64,000 bases of DNA, from contig NC_045696.1 in assembly GCF_009834535.1 (NCBI RefSeq), positions 77,688,001-77,752,000 of the forward strand, in the 5' to 3' direction. This stretch comes from Camelus ferus. Lineage: Eukaryota. Made by a program: the position numbers and the translations under genes. Below the pieces are notes generated by a model. That model searched no databases. It saw nothing but the letters and a program-made list of their open reading frames with translations, and was not told the origin of the DNA. Positions 29,681 through 44,033 of this stretch are shown here, piece by piece (position 1 is the stretch's first letter; each line of letters starts with the position of its first letter).

Positions 29681-32600
29681 ACACTCTGCAGCCTTAGCTT
29701 TGTAAATCTAGAATACAGCAAATATAAATGTGTGTATGAGTGCTGGGTGTGTAAGCCTAGATGCTTTGATTAAACAGAATAAGGAAAATGATAATCCCTG
29801 AGAAAAATAATTATTTTAAGATACTCTGGGAAACAGTGCTTTGAAAATTTTGAAGATAAATGAAGGCAGATGTGCAACTCTACTTCAAAAAATAATATGT
29901 TCAATTCAGATTACAATGAAATTTCAAAAGCAAAATTGTTGGCATCAACCATGTATCTTCTAGTGTCTTTTAAAATTTCTTCATACTAGAGTGATATATG
30001 TCTAAATCAATTATGAAACCAGAAGGAGCATTTCTGATTTTAGAGAACTTCTGATTGTTGTTCCTTGTTTTTCAAAGAAGCAAAACTATCATACTTAAAT
30101 TTCTACTGTGTTCCGTATTTTATCTATTTATCTACAACACTTCTCATTTTCCTCAATACCAACAAATCACAATCTCTACTTGAACAAAAGCAAGCAAGCA
30201 AGCAAGGGAGTGCCACAGTTTCAATCCAAAAAATAGTATTTCATTCTTAATGAACAGTAAGCAAGCTTATCATATTATTTTCCCTCAAGTCAGATTTTTT
30301 TTAGAATAATTAGCTACATTACGGAACGTCCTGTGAAAATCTCAAGAGACCACATAGTGGGTCCTATAACTTGGATTGCATAAATCACAGTAATCCCTGC
30401 ATTTGGATTACATAATCTATCTCAACCACACCAAGTGTGGAATAGATATGTGAAAAAGATTTCTGAGGTTATGGTGATATGACAAAAGGTTAATTTCATT
30501 CAACCCAGCAGTCCAACTGCAGAAAGTAATTCCAGAATCTACAATGCTGAAATGTCCATGAGTCACTTTCCGCCAAAGAATTACAGTTTTTGTCTTTAAG
30601 GAATGAGAAAATATATATATATATATAAATCATATATCTCAAAAATAAAAATACATATATATTTAAATTACTATTATTACTATTGTTGGGTTTTTTTCTC
30701 CTCATATGCCTATTAACTTGAGTTCTTTGGCAGAGATTATAACCTGATAACAGTAGTAAAGAAAATTCTAAAGCACTCATTAAAATCAGTAAATAAGTAT
30801 TTCTCTTCAACTTGTCAGTTTCACCTCTGTCCAAACCTCAATCAGTATCCCACTCAGAAAATTTTATTCCATTTAGAGGAAATCCTGAGAATTCATTTTA
30901 ATATCTTGATTCTGAAAACTAGGTAAATACAATTAAAAAAGGGTAAAATTACAATTTTATAAAAATGGAATGCTGGTTTTACTTTTTATTCTCTGGCATT
31001 CATCTTCTATGAGAAGACCTACTATTGATTTTAGTTCAGAATTTACAGTGATTAAATCTCATATATTTTAATAGGATTCCATTGTTATTTATTCACTAAA
31101 TAATTATATGAATAGTACATTCATAAACACATATTCTTTAACAAGTACACAGAATCCTGGAGTTCTAGTGGGAGTTAGAATAAGGAAAGAAAAGAGGGCT
31201 TGAATTCCATCAGGAAAAAACAAATACTGGCATTCTGAGGTAGATGTCTCTGAACTTCTACCAAAATATCTTTGAATAGTGAGACTATACCTGACTCACA
31301 ATTTTGGCAGGAAACAAGAGAGATGGCAGTCAAACTCGCCAAAGGTCATTACCTCTAAAGAAAATGCTCTTATCTGATATTTTGGCTGAGAAGGCTTGGC
31401 ATACTAAGCAGTTAATTGTGTGCTAGACTAAAAGTCAGTATTTTGGGAGTTTAAATTCAGCTATAGTATTAACTAGCTTTGCAACTTTAGCCAAATGGCT
31501 TTAGACAAGCCATCTCAAAACTGTGTCTCAGCCACCTTATATGTGAAATTAGGAGTTGGAATGGACAATTTGTAAAGACCCTTTCAATAAACATTAAGAC
31601 TGCCAGTAGCAAACCATTTAAGATACATGCAAGATATGTTATCTGCTTTCTTCTTCATGTTTACTTTCACAGGGAACCAACTGTAAATTCCAGCATAGCA
31701 GGCATCAGCCAAACCTCAAAAATAAAAAATAGAAAAAATGGTAGTCTAAAGCAGTATGGCAACCTGATCTGACACTTTAACTTTAAAAGGGGTTTTCAAT
31801 ATTTTAAAATATAATTGTAGTGTTTCATAATACTCAACTCTGAAGGACTGCTGCATATTGTGGGGTAAGAGGAATTCTCTCTTGCTGATGAATGGTTCTG
31901 TGATTCCTAAAAGTGATTTTCCAAAGTACATTCTTTCAGCAATTACAAAGAACATACCATGCAATCCAAGACTACAACAGTGTATGTGTCTCTCACTACT
32001 GAGGAAGAAACACACACAAACATGATAATAATTTTGTACTGTTTGGCTAATTCCAGGTAACAAACACATTAGGATATCTATATCTATGTACATGCATATG
32101 TATGTTTAAAATCCAATAAAATAGTGAAAAGTAGCATCATAAATTAAAATGATGGCCTTTTTTTTTTTCTTTTCTTTCTTCCATTTCCCAATAGCAAGAA
32201 TGGCATGAGTTTGACTAGGAGCTTCCTCACCAGTTTTGATACTAATGATCATAGTACCTGATAGCAAGCTAAAATTCTCATGTCCTCTTGAGCTAAGATT
32301 ACAACTCTAAAAGTTTGTGGTGAAAATATTTTTCATTTATCTATTGCTGACACATAGTCCAGGAAAAAAAAATTCACATTTTTATGTGTAAAACACCATA
32401 AAAATTGTATCTATAATCTCATATATATCACATCTTTACAATTACATATAAAGTCACAGTCTAGACATGTTTTTTTTTTTCCATTTCAAATACAAAAAAA
32501 TGTGAGCAATGATATATTATTATTCTGGCACATTTTAACAGTTCCTTTCATCTGTGAAGTCCAAAGCTCCCATATGGGGAGTGTGTTTGGGTTGGAGGGG

Positions 32601-34047
32601 GGGAGGTTGCTGCCAACCAGTCTAAAAATCCTCCATAATTTAAGCTCATATGCGAAATAAAGAGCAATGTCTTAAACATTCATCCATACTAGTATTGCAT
32701 TTTTCCTTCATTGCCTCCCTCATATAAATAATTAAAGACCATACTGATGTCTGAAAAAGGGATATTAGAGAACCTAGGCTTTGCTGTTCATAACAGTAGA
32801 AACTCACTGAAATTAATTAACTCTTTCAAAATGCTCCTAGGCATTTTGTATAATTACCTTCATCTGAGTATTAGGTTAGGTTAGATTAGATTAGATGACA
32901 TTATTAGAGTGAAAAAAAGACAAACAGGCTAGCACCACACTGAAATTTGAGGTATGGTGTCTATTTTATTGTTTCTGTTCATGAACCATGATCTTTGATA
33001 GAAATAAGACTTTTATGTCATGAGCAAACATGGCAGTTAAAACCCAGAAAGAAATTTTGCTTCTCAAGAGTAGGTTTCTCTTTTGTTTTTGTTTGTTTGC
33101 TTTGCTTTGTACAAGGCATTGAAAAATCTATTGAATAGAAATTGCATGGGCTGATTGTATAGTCATATGACCTTTAACTTGCTGAAGGATTCATATTTAA
33201 CATTTAATACAAAGTTAAGGTGATAAACAAGAACTTGATATTTTATAGAGCATTAGCAGAATGCTAAGAAATGAATTGGAAACATTTCAAATATATGCAT
33301 GATAGCAAGGTTAATTTCCATTATTGAAGAGATAAAAACATACACCTTAAAAAAAAACTGGTTGGTTGTGGTAAAGGACTTTTATAAATTCTTAACAATA
33401 TGTGGATTTCTATTTCTGTTATGTTGTTCCTATAAATCCCAAGTGACTGCAGCTGTCCTACCTTTAAATAATAGGAATCCTCTAAACTCTCTTTTTTTTC
33501 CTCCAGTTTAGCTGTGATAAGAACCTCTCTAAAATGAATTAGAGTGAAACCAACTAGTCACTTCACACAAAGCCTCATGCTAGTAGATTGTATCATTTAA
33601 TCATTAAATGCCATAGGTCCGTTCAAGCCCATAACATTGAATAAAAAGACTTAAGTCATATGACACATTTTGACATGAGTTGCCTTCTTATGTTGCCCTT
33701 GAAAGTTATTTTAACTCCTCATTATATTCAAAATAACAGTTTTGGTGTTGGCTGTGTCAATATACTTAGTCACTGATTCAATAATTTTCTTCAGTTATGG
33801 AAAGAAATCCTATTTAGCTAAAAGCAGTGTAATTTTGAATTAGTTAAATGTATGAATTATACAATATATTAAACATTTTCTAGGAATGAAAGAAGAAAAC
33901 ATTTAATACTCAAAGGCTGTATAAACAAGGCTATAAACACTGCAGTAAAAACTTCTACCACTAATTTTTAATTTATATTCCCAACAATCCTGCTGATGTC
34001 ATCCATATTTGGGAGATGAGATAAATTCAGAAAAGTTATGTAACTTA

Positions 34048-34114
34048 GACTGGGACACTGTGCTGTACACCAGAAATCGACACATTGTAAATGACTACAC
34101 TTCATTTGAAAAAA
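34048..34114 (+). mobile_element. Very short L1 3' tail inserted into a MIR (about 33970-34200, minus strand)
   Basis: gactgggacactgtgctgtacaccagaaatcgacacattgtaaatgactacacttcatttgaaaaa with a perfect direct repeat aaaagttatgtaacttagac (34031-34050, 34115-34134). Confidence 0.85.
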
Positions 34115-34539
34115 AAAAGTTATGTAACTTAGACAGGATCACTCAGCTAGTATGACATAGAGCCATGATTTGAGTAGGGGATTTTCTCATTCCAATAGCC
34201 CAGACATCTTGATCTCTATGATGGTGCGATACTCACTCTCTCATAAATCTTCCTTTTTATAGTGCATCTGTCAGGTGATCCCGATGTCAAATTTCTTTGA
34301 TAAGAGAAAAATGTTTCACATAAAGAACTACTAAGAAACTTAAGTTCTCTAGGGTAATGTAATATTGAGAGAGGAGAATTCTTTCCTGAAAGCAGAAGGT
34401 ATAGAGACAACACTAGAATGAGTTTCAGAAATCAAAGATCATTTCAGGGGAAGAGTAGAACTGAATCTTACTGAAAACTGGCAAGAATTCGACTTGACAG
34501 AACTCAAATGATACCAAAACCAAATGAGAGAACTTCGGT

Positions 34540-35152
34540 GTTTTAACAGCCTTATTGAGGTATACTTTATACACCATAAAATTCACCCATTGCCAAGTAT
34601 GTGATTCCATGATTTTAAGTAAATTGACAGAGTGGTGCATCAATCTCCACAATTCAGTTTTAGAGTATTTCCATCATCCCCCTGCCATAGTTCCCTGGAG
34701 TCCCATTTGCAATCAGTCCTGCCCCCATACCAGTCCTAGCAAACCTCTACTTTCTATAAATTTGTCTCTTCTGAACCCCTCATATAAATATAGTCATACA
34801 ATGTGTAGCCTTTTGTTTCTGAATTCTTTCACTTAGCATTATGTTTCTGAGGTTCACCCACTTGATGCGTATATTAGTATTTCATTCTTTGTATATTGAA
34901 TGGTATTTACTTGCATAGATGCATTTTATTTATCCATTTGCCAAATTTAATAGAAATCTAGACTGTTCATAGCATGGGCCTATTCTGAGTAATGCTGCTA
35001 TGAACATTCATGTTCATGTCTTTCATGAAAAAAATAGTTTTCATTTTCAGGGAGTAGATTCCTACTAGTGAAATTACAGGCTCATAAACTTATATTTAAC
35101 TTTTTAACAAACTACCAAACTATATTCCACAGTAGCTATGCCATTTTACATT
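34540..35152 (-). mobile_element. L1MB-like 3' end
   Basis: ttttaacagccttattgaggtatactttatacaccataaaattcaccc...aatgctgctatgaacattcatg...gccattttacatt. Confidence 0.85.
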
Positions 35153-35259
35153 GAGACAGCTTTAATTTTTATCTTCAGAATTAAATATATACAACTTATG
35201 TGTTAATATAAATAGTAGATCTCCTTTCAACTATCTAAAATTTAGGTGCTAAGCACACC

Positions 35260-36729
35260 ATTATGGATGGAAGGATTATGTCCCTGCCAAAATTCGTATG
35301 TTGAAACCTTAATGCCAAGTGTCCCTGTATTTGGAGATGGGGCATGTAAGGATGTAATTAAGATTAAATGAGGTCATAAGCCTGGGACCCTTATTAGATA
35401 GGGTTAGTGTTCTTATAAGAAAAGAGACCAAATTGTCAACAAAATAGAAGGACAGCCTACTGAATGGGAGAAAATATTTGCAAATCACCTATCTGATAAA
35501 GGGATATCTAAAACATTTAAAGAACTCAATAGCAAAAATCTTTAAAGAAGACATACAGATGGCCAACAGGAAATGAAAAGGTGCTCAACAATGCTAATCA
35601 TCAGGGAAATGCAAATCAAAACCACAATGAGGTATCACCTCACACCTGTTAGGATGGCTATTACCAGAAAGATGAAAAATAACAAGTATTAGTGAGGATG
35701 TGGAAAAAAGAAAACCCTTGAGCACTGTTGGTAGGAATGTAAATTAGTGCAGCCATTATGGAAAACAGTATGGAGGTTCCTCAAAAAATTAAAAATAAAA
35801 CCACCATAGGATTCAGCAGTTTCACTTCACTTCCAGGTATTTATCTGAAGAAACACAAAAGCACCAATTTGAAAATACACATGTACCTCTATAACACTGC
35901 AGTACTATTTACAATAGCCAAGAGACAGAAACAACCTAAATGTCCATCAATGAATGAATGGATAAAGAAGACGTGTTATCTATATATAATGGAATATCAT
36001 TTGACCATAGAAAAAATGAAATCTTGCCATTTGTTACACCATAAATAGATCTTGAAGGCATTATGCTAAACAAAATGTTAAACAAAAAAAGATAAATATC
36101 ATATGACCTCACTAATATGTGGAATCTCAACACACACACACACACACACACACACAGTGAGTCCTTGGATATAGAGAACAGATTGGTGGTTGCCTGTAGC
36201 GGCGGTGGGGGTCAGCAAAATGGATGAAGGAAGTCAAAAGGTACAAATCTCCAGTTATAAAATGAATAAGTTATGGGGATGTAATGTACAGCATGGTGAC
36301 CCATAGTCAATAATATTATACTGCATATATGAAAGTAGCTAGGAGAGTAAAACTTAAAAAAAATGGTAACTCTATATGGTGAAGGATGTTAACTGGACTT
36401 ACTGAAGTGATCATTTTGCAACATTTACAAATATCAAGTCCTTACACTGTACAGCTGAAATTAAAATAATGTTATGTCAATTAAACCTTAAGTTAAAAAT
36501 GAAAAACAAACAAAAGAGACACGAGAAAGCTCACTTTCTTTTCTATATGCACGTACCAAGGAAAGGCCATGTGAGCCCACAGCAAGATGGGGAAATCCTA
36601 TCTAAGGAGAAAGCTCTTGCTGGTACCTGAATTTCTACTTTCCAACCTCCAAAACTGTGAGAAAATATCTGTTGTTTAAGCCACACAGTCTGTGGTATTT
36701 TGTTATTGCAGCTTGAGCAAACTAATACA
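35260..36729 (+). mobile_element. MaLR LTR (MLT1B-like) split by an L1 insertion
   Basis: 5' half 35260-35429 (aaattcgtatgttgaaacc...gaggtcataag...cttataagaaaagagac) and 3' half 36512-36729 (ggccatgtgag...ctgttgtttaagccacacagtctgtggtattttgtta...actaataca). Confidence 0.85.
35430..36511 (+). mobile_element. 5'-truncated L1 (L1MA-like), end of ORF2 plus 3'UTR
   Basis: ORF2 C-terminal remnants ([26 protein letters not shown]). TSD aaaagagac (35420-35428, 36512-36520). Internal (CA)n at 36131-36156. Confidence 0.9.
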
Positions 36730-39700
36730 CACACCAACAATTTATTTATAGCCACTAAAGGGACAGTTGAGAGCTTGGCAGGTATCTTAGTTCCAAGGAA
36801 GTATCTCTCTTCATTGCTGGTCTCTGAAAAAAACAGCGGGGGTTTGAAATCTTCTTCTGCAATATGAGTAACTAGACTATATCACGTTACCTTTGTTATA
36901 TTTCTCCCGTAGAGTTATATTAAGAATAAAGAATTCGGAGCAGTCTTGGATTGAAGAGCTGATGGTACTGAGCTTGGAGAACATAATATAGTGAGTTAAA
37001 AGACTATAAAATAAATCGCTGATGCCATATCTGCAGTTGTGGTCCATCTGTAGATTTTTTTTTTTTTAAAGAAATTATCGTGTTCTCTCAGGCATCCAAC
37101 TCACTAATTATATGCAAACAATAAGAATCAAGCTTCTGCCAAAAGAATTAGCTCTGTAGCCAATAGCAACTTACTTTGGCAGGACAGATGTATTCACTAG
37201 CATTAAAAACACTTAATTTTTTTATTCCTGAATTAAATACTTGTAACTAGTCTTCAAAAGGGACAACAGAAGATACAAAGAGAGAAGCTAAGTGACCCTA
37301 GGCAAATTAATTGATTTTCATTATTAGAAAAATAATGTTTAACCTCATTATTTTAGGAGTTGGAATTTATAAAGAGGAAAAAGAATATATATTTTTAAGC
37401 TTCACTGCTTTCATGAGATACAATAAAACTCAGTACTGATGTTTTTCAAACAGAAAGTGTTTGGATCTAAGGAAAGTTTTCTGGAGTATATATGGATTGG
37501 ACTAGATATCTGTGAGTAAAATTAAGAGTCAGTTGAAGTGAATATTTTGTTTGGAAGCATTTGCTGGCAAAGTATCAAAGTCTAAAATGTATGCGACATT
37601 GGCACATATTCAAAAGTAAAGTATTCTTTATAATTCATAATGATGAAAGTATGGAAGAAAGTAAGAAAAAGAAAATTATCTGGATTTTAGGTTTCATTTG
37701 AATTGTTGCCAACAGAAGACTATGGCTCCAAACTCTTATTCAGTTGTGTATTTTAAATATGAATGATGTTTAGTTGTTAAAAGCAGCTTTTACATTTCGG
37801 GCACACTCATACCATGAACTTTGACATACATTGTCTAATGTATTTATGTAACAGATCCTGCCTGAAGACCTTACCATGTCTGCACTTTTTGCCCATTTTT
37901 CACATTTGAGAAAACCAAGGGAAAATAGGAAAGGAGAAAGATCATCACCATTCTCTAGCCATAACACAATGGATATGAAAGTAAAGTGGAGCCCATGCTA
38001 AACATTTGTAGTTCTTGTGCCCCGCCCCAACCTGACCCCTCCATGCTTTGACTGTGCTACCTCTCAGAAAAGTACCTAAAGCAAATATGCTACACCTCTG
38101 GTCACTTGAACTGGGATGTGACAGCTCAGCACGAGACAGAAGAGACAAAAACATGACTTTACTGCTCACCACTTAGTGCTGAATGTTATTACGAAGCTCT
38201 GCTGGGGAAGGGGTGGGGACACCGGATCTAGACCCAATCAACACCGTAAAGTAATTGCTTTGTCTGTGATTGCTCTAAGGGAAATCCACAGACAATAAAT
38301 ACAGAGCACTAATAAGTGCAAGAAATGAGAGCTGCTGCCTACAGACTTTCTTTTTCTCCATGATGCCATAGTAACTGTCAAAGAAGTCCTCTGTGGACAG
38401 TGACCGAAGTGCTGCTAAGGCTCATCTTACGCAGACAGTTTGCACATTTATACACGGCTCCAGGTGCAAAGATTACCTGGAATCACTGCGCTTCCCAGGG
38501 AAGTGAGCTTCCCTGAAGCTTAAGTAGTAAACACATCAACCATAAGTTGCCTGTTCTTAATCCTCACACACCACTCATGGTTATACTTGACAGTCCTCTT
38601 TCTAAGAGAATCTTCTGAGAACTGTAACATGAGATTCTGTAATCAGGGATTCAAAGTGAATTTAATTACCACTAAGACAAAATAGCGGGGAAATAATCTG
38701 AATACAATAGTTATGGTCTGGTAAACAGTTAAAGACATCTCTATCTTAGCAAAGAAGAACTCTCAACTGACAGATTAACAGATGGTCTTGTCTTTTTTCA
38801 TAAAGCTTATTTCTGAGAGCTTAAATGATACTCTAAAGATAGAGGTACCTCCTTTCTCTTACATTACACATGCCAGACTTACAGAAATAATTTTCAGGGT
38901 GCAGATGCTATATCACTCTTAATAAGAACATATGTGGGTCTGCTTTTTTGAATTTTCAATAATTGGTATGTAAAATTCATATTCATATCTAAAATAACCT
39001 AAGTGCCAATAAAAACAAAATATATGAACAGAAATTTTTAAGATTTTTAATGAACATTTTAAGGAACTAAATACTTTGCATTTTTAACTATTATGTAATG
39101 TAAAAATATATGTAATATAATAATTACAGCTTTTTAAGAAGATTCTAAGTGGAGAAACGTTTTCATTTTATATAGATGCATGCATGTGTGTTTATGTGTA
39201 CAACTATATTTATGACCTTCTTCAGAAAATAATTCTTTAATAAGAGAATAGAATCATACAGTACTGGCAATACAGGGAACCAAATTATTTCCTATAAGAT
39301 TAATCCACAGCTATGGATTAGAAGTTTATTACACTGTAAGAACTTTTCTACATATAAAATTATAAATTATTTACTTTGAGCTATCTTTTGAGAAAAAATC
39401 TGTTCAAAGACACAGAAAACAATACTAGCATCTATTTATAGTGTCCTTTCATTGAAGAGTTCAAAAGCCTTATTTTATATTAGCTCAATCTAACAGAACT
39501 TTTATTGCTCCTTTTTTTCTGGAATAGAAAGTTTCTGAAAACCATTATGGTAGAAGACTTTATTTTCATGTGTTTATAAGACATCTGAGATTATGTATAA
39601 CAACAGATGATCCTAACTCCAGTGCACAGACTGGATTGTGAAGAAGAAACATCCTTAAAACTTACTTTAAACTAGTATTTCCCAAAATATGTTTCATGAA

Positions 39701-40019
39701 AAATTAGTTCCATTTTGGAAATACTAGTCTCAACAAAGTTAACCAGGCATCTTTTATGTCACAGCTTCTCAAAGTCTCTAATTTAAAAATATGTTTTATG
39801 ACTGTCTTAACAGTGTGGTATATGATATGCAGCCTTTTCAAAAATTAATTGATTCTAGATGCTTTTTTCCCTTTCCCTCAGAGAGCCTGAAAGGATTACT
39901 GTGCTACAGGATCCACTTTCAGAATGTAACTGTAGGCTTTAATGATTAGAAATTTTGGAAGTAATTATAATAACATTGCCATAAATCACAAATTTCAGTG
40001 TAAAAGTAAGAACAATATT

Positions 40020-41760
40020 ATAAGAAAAAAAGTAAGTAAAACACAGTAATGTTGAAGTTGAGTGGGCTATTTAAATTGTTTAAATATGTATTTTCTAGTT
40101 CTTTCCATTTAAATTCTAAAAGTAATATCACCCCATCAGCAATGAGTACCCTCAGTGGCCAGGTACTGCTCTCTACTACCATTTTTTCCACTAACAGGAA
40201 CAAAGAACCATTGGAGAAATGGGTCTTTCCAGATCTTGTGCAGTGAGAGTACAATGTAAGCCCCGAAAACTTTGTGCAAAAAAGCAAGGAAGTTGTCAAA
40301 GATTAATGATGTTATGTCAAAAAAATTTAAGACAAATCTTGAAAGAGTTCCCTCTTATCAAAGTTTTAAAAATCTGAGCATCTAATGCAAATGATTTTAA
40401 TTGATAGTTATACACTGATTCTATGAAAATTGATTAATAATATAAAAAGACAAGAGAGGAAGCCAAAAACATTTATTATTACAATTTGAGGCAGCTATTA
40501 AACCAAGTTCATGAAAATTTACTATTTAGAGAAAAAGAATTAAGCATGTTAAGGCAAGATCTACCTTTCCACAAAACCCACAGTTCAGGATGACCAAATA
40601 GTTTGATTTTACAGAAGAACATCAGGTAATAAAGGCAAAATAAGTTACAGAATTAGAAAATCACCACTTTACAATCTTTAGTAAAACTACTGACTTGGAC
40701 AGGAACTATCAATTATTTTTAAGCTAGTAGGTAAACGGTGAATGGATATAATTTTTGCTGATCACCACTATTTCTGATTCTCCTCTGTCAGGATGTGTAA
40801 TAGTAAGGCCTTTCCCTGTCTCCTTGAAGTTAGACATGGCCATGTGATTTGCTTTAGCCAATGATATATGAATCACAGTAAGACGGTAGAAATATTTAAG
40901 AGCTATAGCATAGCTGTCAATTTCACTCTTTTCCTGCCTTGGTGACTGTAAAGAGTGCACTGATAAGGAGATGTAATTCTGAGTCATCATGTAGTAGACA
41001 GTTGCAAGCTTTGAATGAATAAGAAAAAAATTTATTTTTGGTCATTTTAAGCCACTGAGATTCTGGAATTGTTTGTTACTAATGTGTAACTTATTTTCAG
41101 GACTGTTATAATGGGTAACTGAACATCTGATTGTGCTAAGGTAATATCAGAGAGATGTTTTCCCTTTTTACCAGAAAATTGTAACTGTATATTAGAGAGA
41201 TCAGAATGTTATTACCCTTATCAGTCATCAATCTTGGAATTACTGATGATGTGGCAACCAGGTAAGATGTGTCTCTGATGGAATGTACTATGCTGTATAT
41301 ATTATTTATGTTGCATTCTAGCCAAAAATGCTTAATATTAATGTGTAATCAGGCCTCTAACTTCCAGCTCTCAGGATACCAGAGGACAGAAGAATATGCT
41401 AAATGAAAGTACCAATCCAGAAGGTAAACTAATGACGGGACAATTGGCCTAGTCTCTTCACCAGATCAGTGTTTTGTAAAAAACAAAACTTAAAAAAAGG
41501 CCAACTTTACATAAAGAGGCTTAATCCACTGCAATGTGTATTCCCAAATGGAATCCAGGTTTAGACAAACCAGCTGTAGAATGTATGTGAAAAAGAATTA
41601 GGGATATTTGAATATGAAATTGGTATTAGGTAATATTGAAGGACTGTTAGTAATTCTAATAGCTATGATATTATTTTGAGTACTTAGGAAGATGTTTTTA
41701 TTTTTAAAACATTACTTCTGAAGTACTTAGAAATGAAGTCACTTTTAAATATATCAACAT
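40020..41760 (+). mobile_element. L1MC-like 3' end, interrupted by an MLT1 LTR
   Basis: tattttctagttctttcc...cagcaatgagtaccctcagtggccagg...ttggagaaatgg resembles the L1MC4/5 3'UTR. Confidence 0.6.
40725..41110 (+). mobile_element. MaLR LTR (old MLT1I/J-like)
   Basis: ccttgaagttagacatggccatgtgatttgctttagccaatga...tttaagccactgagattctggaattgtttgttac. Confidence 0.75.
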
Positions 41761-42249
41761 ATTAAAAAAAAGTCTTTAAAATGAGTAAGTTTGACACTTA
41801 GTGACTTAAGCATCATATTAAGTATTCTGAACATAAAAAATATGAAATGAACTAAATCAAAGTTAAGAAAGGCAAAAATAAAAATTTAAATAGCTAATCT
41901 GTATTTATGTTTACAGTGACATGTAAATTAATCCTAAGCTAGACATCTAGTTTAAGGTTCTACAGATTTAACAAATATTAATTACTTTATAGTGGATTCT
42001 CCTTCTCTACATCCTCCTATTTTCTTCATTTAATCAATGTCAGAGCATTGAACCAATTATTACTCAGAGGAGTCAGCCCGACTGTCTGATGCTGTTTACT
42101 GCCAAATGAAAATCAATAGAATCACCCATCGTATGTATTCTAAAGAACTGGGAGCATTGATTTTGAAAACTCCCATATCACTGGTTTTGGAATACTTCCC
42201 ATACCGTCTGGGGAGCTTCTTTTCTTTCACCAACAATATGATGCATCAT

Positions 42250-42740
42250 GAGGTCCTATTTATCAGCTAACCCCATCCTTCGGTCTGATTCATGCCACCA
42301 TTACGCTTCCTCTCCAGTTTCCAGTGTCATAGCCTCTTTTCACTTCCTAGAATAAGCTGCACTCCCACTTTCCTCTGGACGTCAGTCATACAGGCTTCTC
42401 TGCCTTACTCTTTTCTTCTCCCTCTTTAACTAGATAATTGTTACATACCCTTTAGATCAAAAACTCAAACATTAGTTTCCCAGAAAAAACTTCCCAAATA
42501 CCCAGACTAGGTCAGTACTCTCCACAGCCCTGCTTACATTCTAATAGTATTCTAGGCTTTCTCTGAGTCTTAGCATGGTTTATATTCAGACCTGTATTTT
42601 TAAGATATCCATCTCCCATAGACTCTCAGCAGTATGAGGACAATAATTATTCCTCCTTTGTTTACTGCTGTATCCTTTGCAATTAAAACAATGTCTAGCA
42701 CTGTTTTGTTTTGTGTTTAATAAAGATTTGTGTAATGGCT
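42250..42740 (+). mobile_element. L2 3' end
   Basis: Pyrimidine-rich L2 body ending tttactgctgtatcc...aacaatgtctagcac...aataaagatttg. Confidence 0.6.
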
Positions 42741-44033
42741 TTTAATAAAGATTTGTGTAGTGGCAAAACTCTTTAGAGTTTTGGCATAAAAGGCAGTATG
42801 ATACAGCAAAATACTAGACAAACACAGAGTCTTATTTCATTCGTTCTTATATCCCTGGATACATAGAGATGCTGACTTAATATTTTTAAAGAATAAATGG
42901 GATTGGAGCTTTGTCTTTAGCCCTATTTCAGTCACATACTGCTGCAATCTTGATCTTCCTTTCTTTGAGTTGCATAAATTCTAAGAAATGAGTTGTTTTA
43001 AAGGATGACCTTTAAGGACAATTTCAGCACTGAGAAGCACTTAGAACTAGGATATTCAATTATTTACCTTGCTATTGTCACTACTACTTTTGATACTAGA
43101 AATATAATAACCTTCTGAGACAATCAACAGTATTCGATCAAACAAATATTTATTGGACAAGTATATACTGCCTCTAATTCCAATTGCTATCCCAGTAAGC
43201 CATTTGACAAAGTAAGTTCTTACATTCACATGGAAGAGTAAAGGGCAAGAGGAGTCGAGATATTCTTATAGAAGAATTAAGCAGGTACCATGAACTGCAA
43301 GACAGAAAGGCTTATTTCAAAGATATAAGACTAAAATAGTATTGTGTTTGTAACCAGATGTACAAATTGACTGTGGAATATAATTGAGAGCCCAGAAACA
43401 AACCTATGCATATACTGAAACTTAATATATAACAGTTTTATTTTATATCATTAGGGAATGATAGAATTCTCAGTAAATTAGGCTGAAAATGGAAATTGCA
43501 TCCTAATAAATCATCACAATTTTTATCATCATTATGATAGATTAAATATTTAAATGTTAAAAAAAACAAAGATTTATAAGGTAGTATAAGAATACTTTCT
43601 CAGGGCAGAGAAGAATTCTTAAGATCCTAAAAACACTAAACTTAAAGGGAGAGGTTGCCAAACTAGATTACACTGAAACAAAGAACTGTTCATTAAAAAG
43701 AATAAAAAGAGTGGAACTAAAAGTCAAAATCTGGGAGAAAATATTTGCAACACACTTAACTGACAACAAGCTAATGGCAAGAATATATAAATATCTCCTA
43801 CGGATCAATAAGACAAATAATCTAATTAAAAAAAAAAAAAAAAAAGAATGGTTATAACAGGCATTTAGAAAACATACATAGACACAAACATCCGACAATT
43901 GAAACTGCCAGTACGTGAATGTAAAGGTGCTTGACTTCTTGGCACAGAGAAAGGTATGTAACTTAAGCCACAATTAGACAGCACTAACATATTAAGTGCA
44001 AAAATGAAGAAAACGGCAAGTTTGACAGATGAC

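Noticed and set aside
32871..32896. ttagg/ttaga pentamer run resembling telomeric repeat
   Set aside because: It is not TTAGGG, just a short simple repeat.
37770..37967. ORF with donor-like ATG|gtaagg and a pyrimidine tract
   Set aside because: No AG follows the tract, and the peptide is not recognisable.
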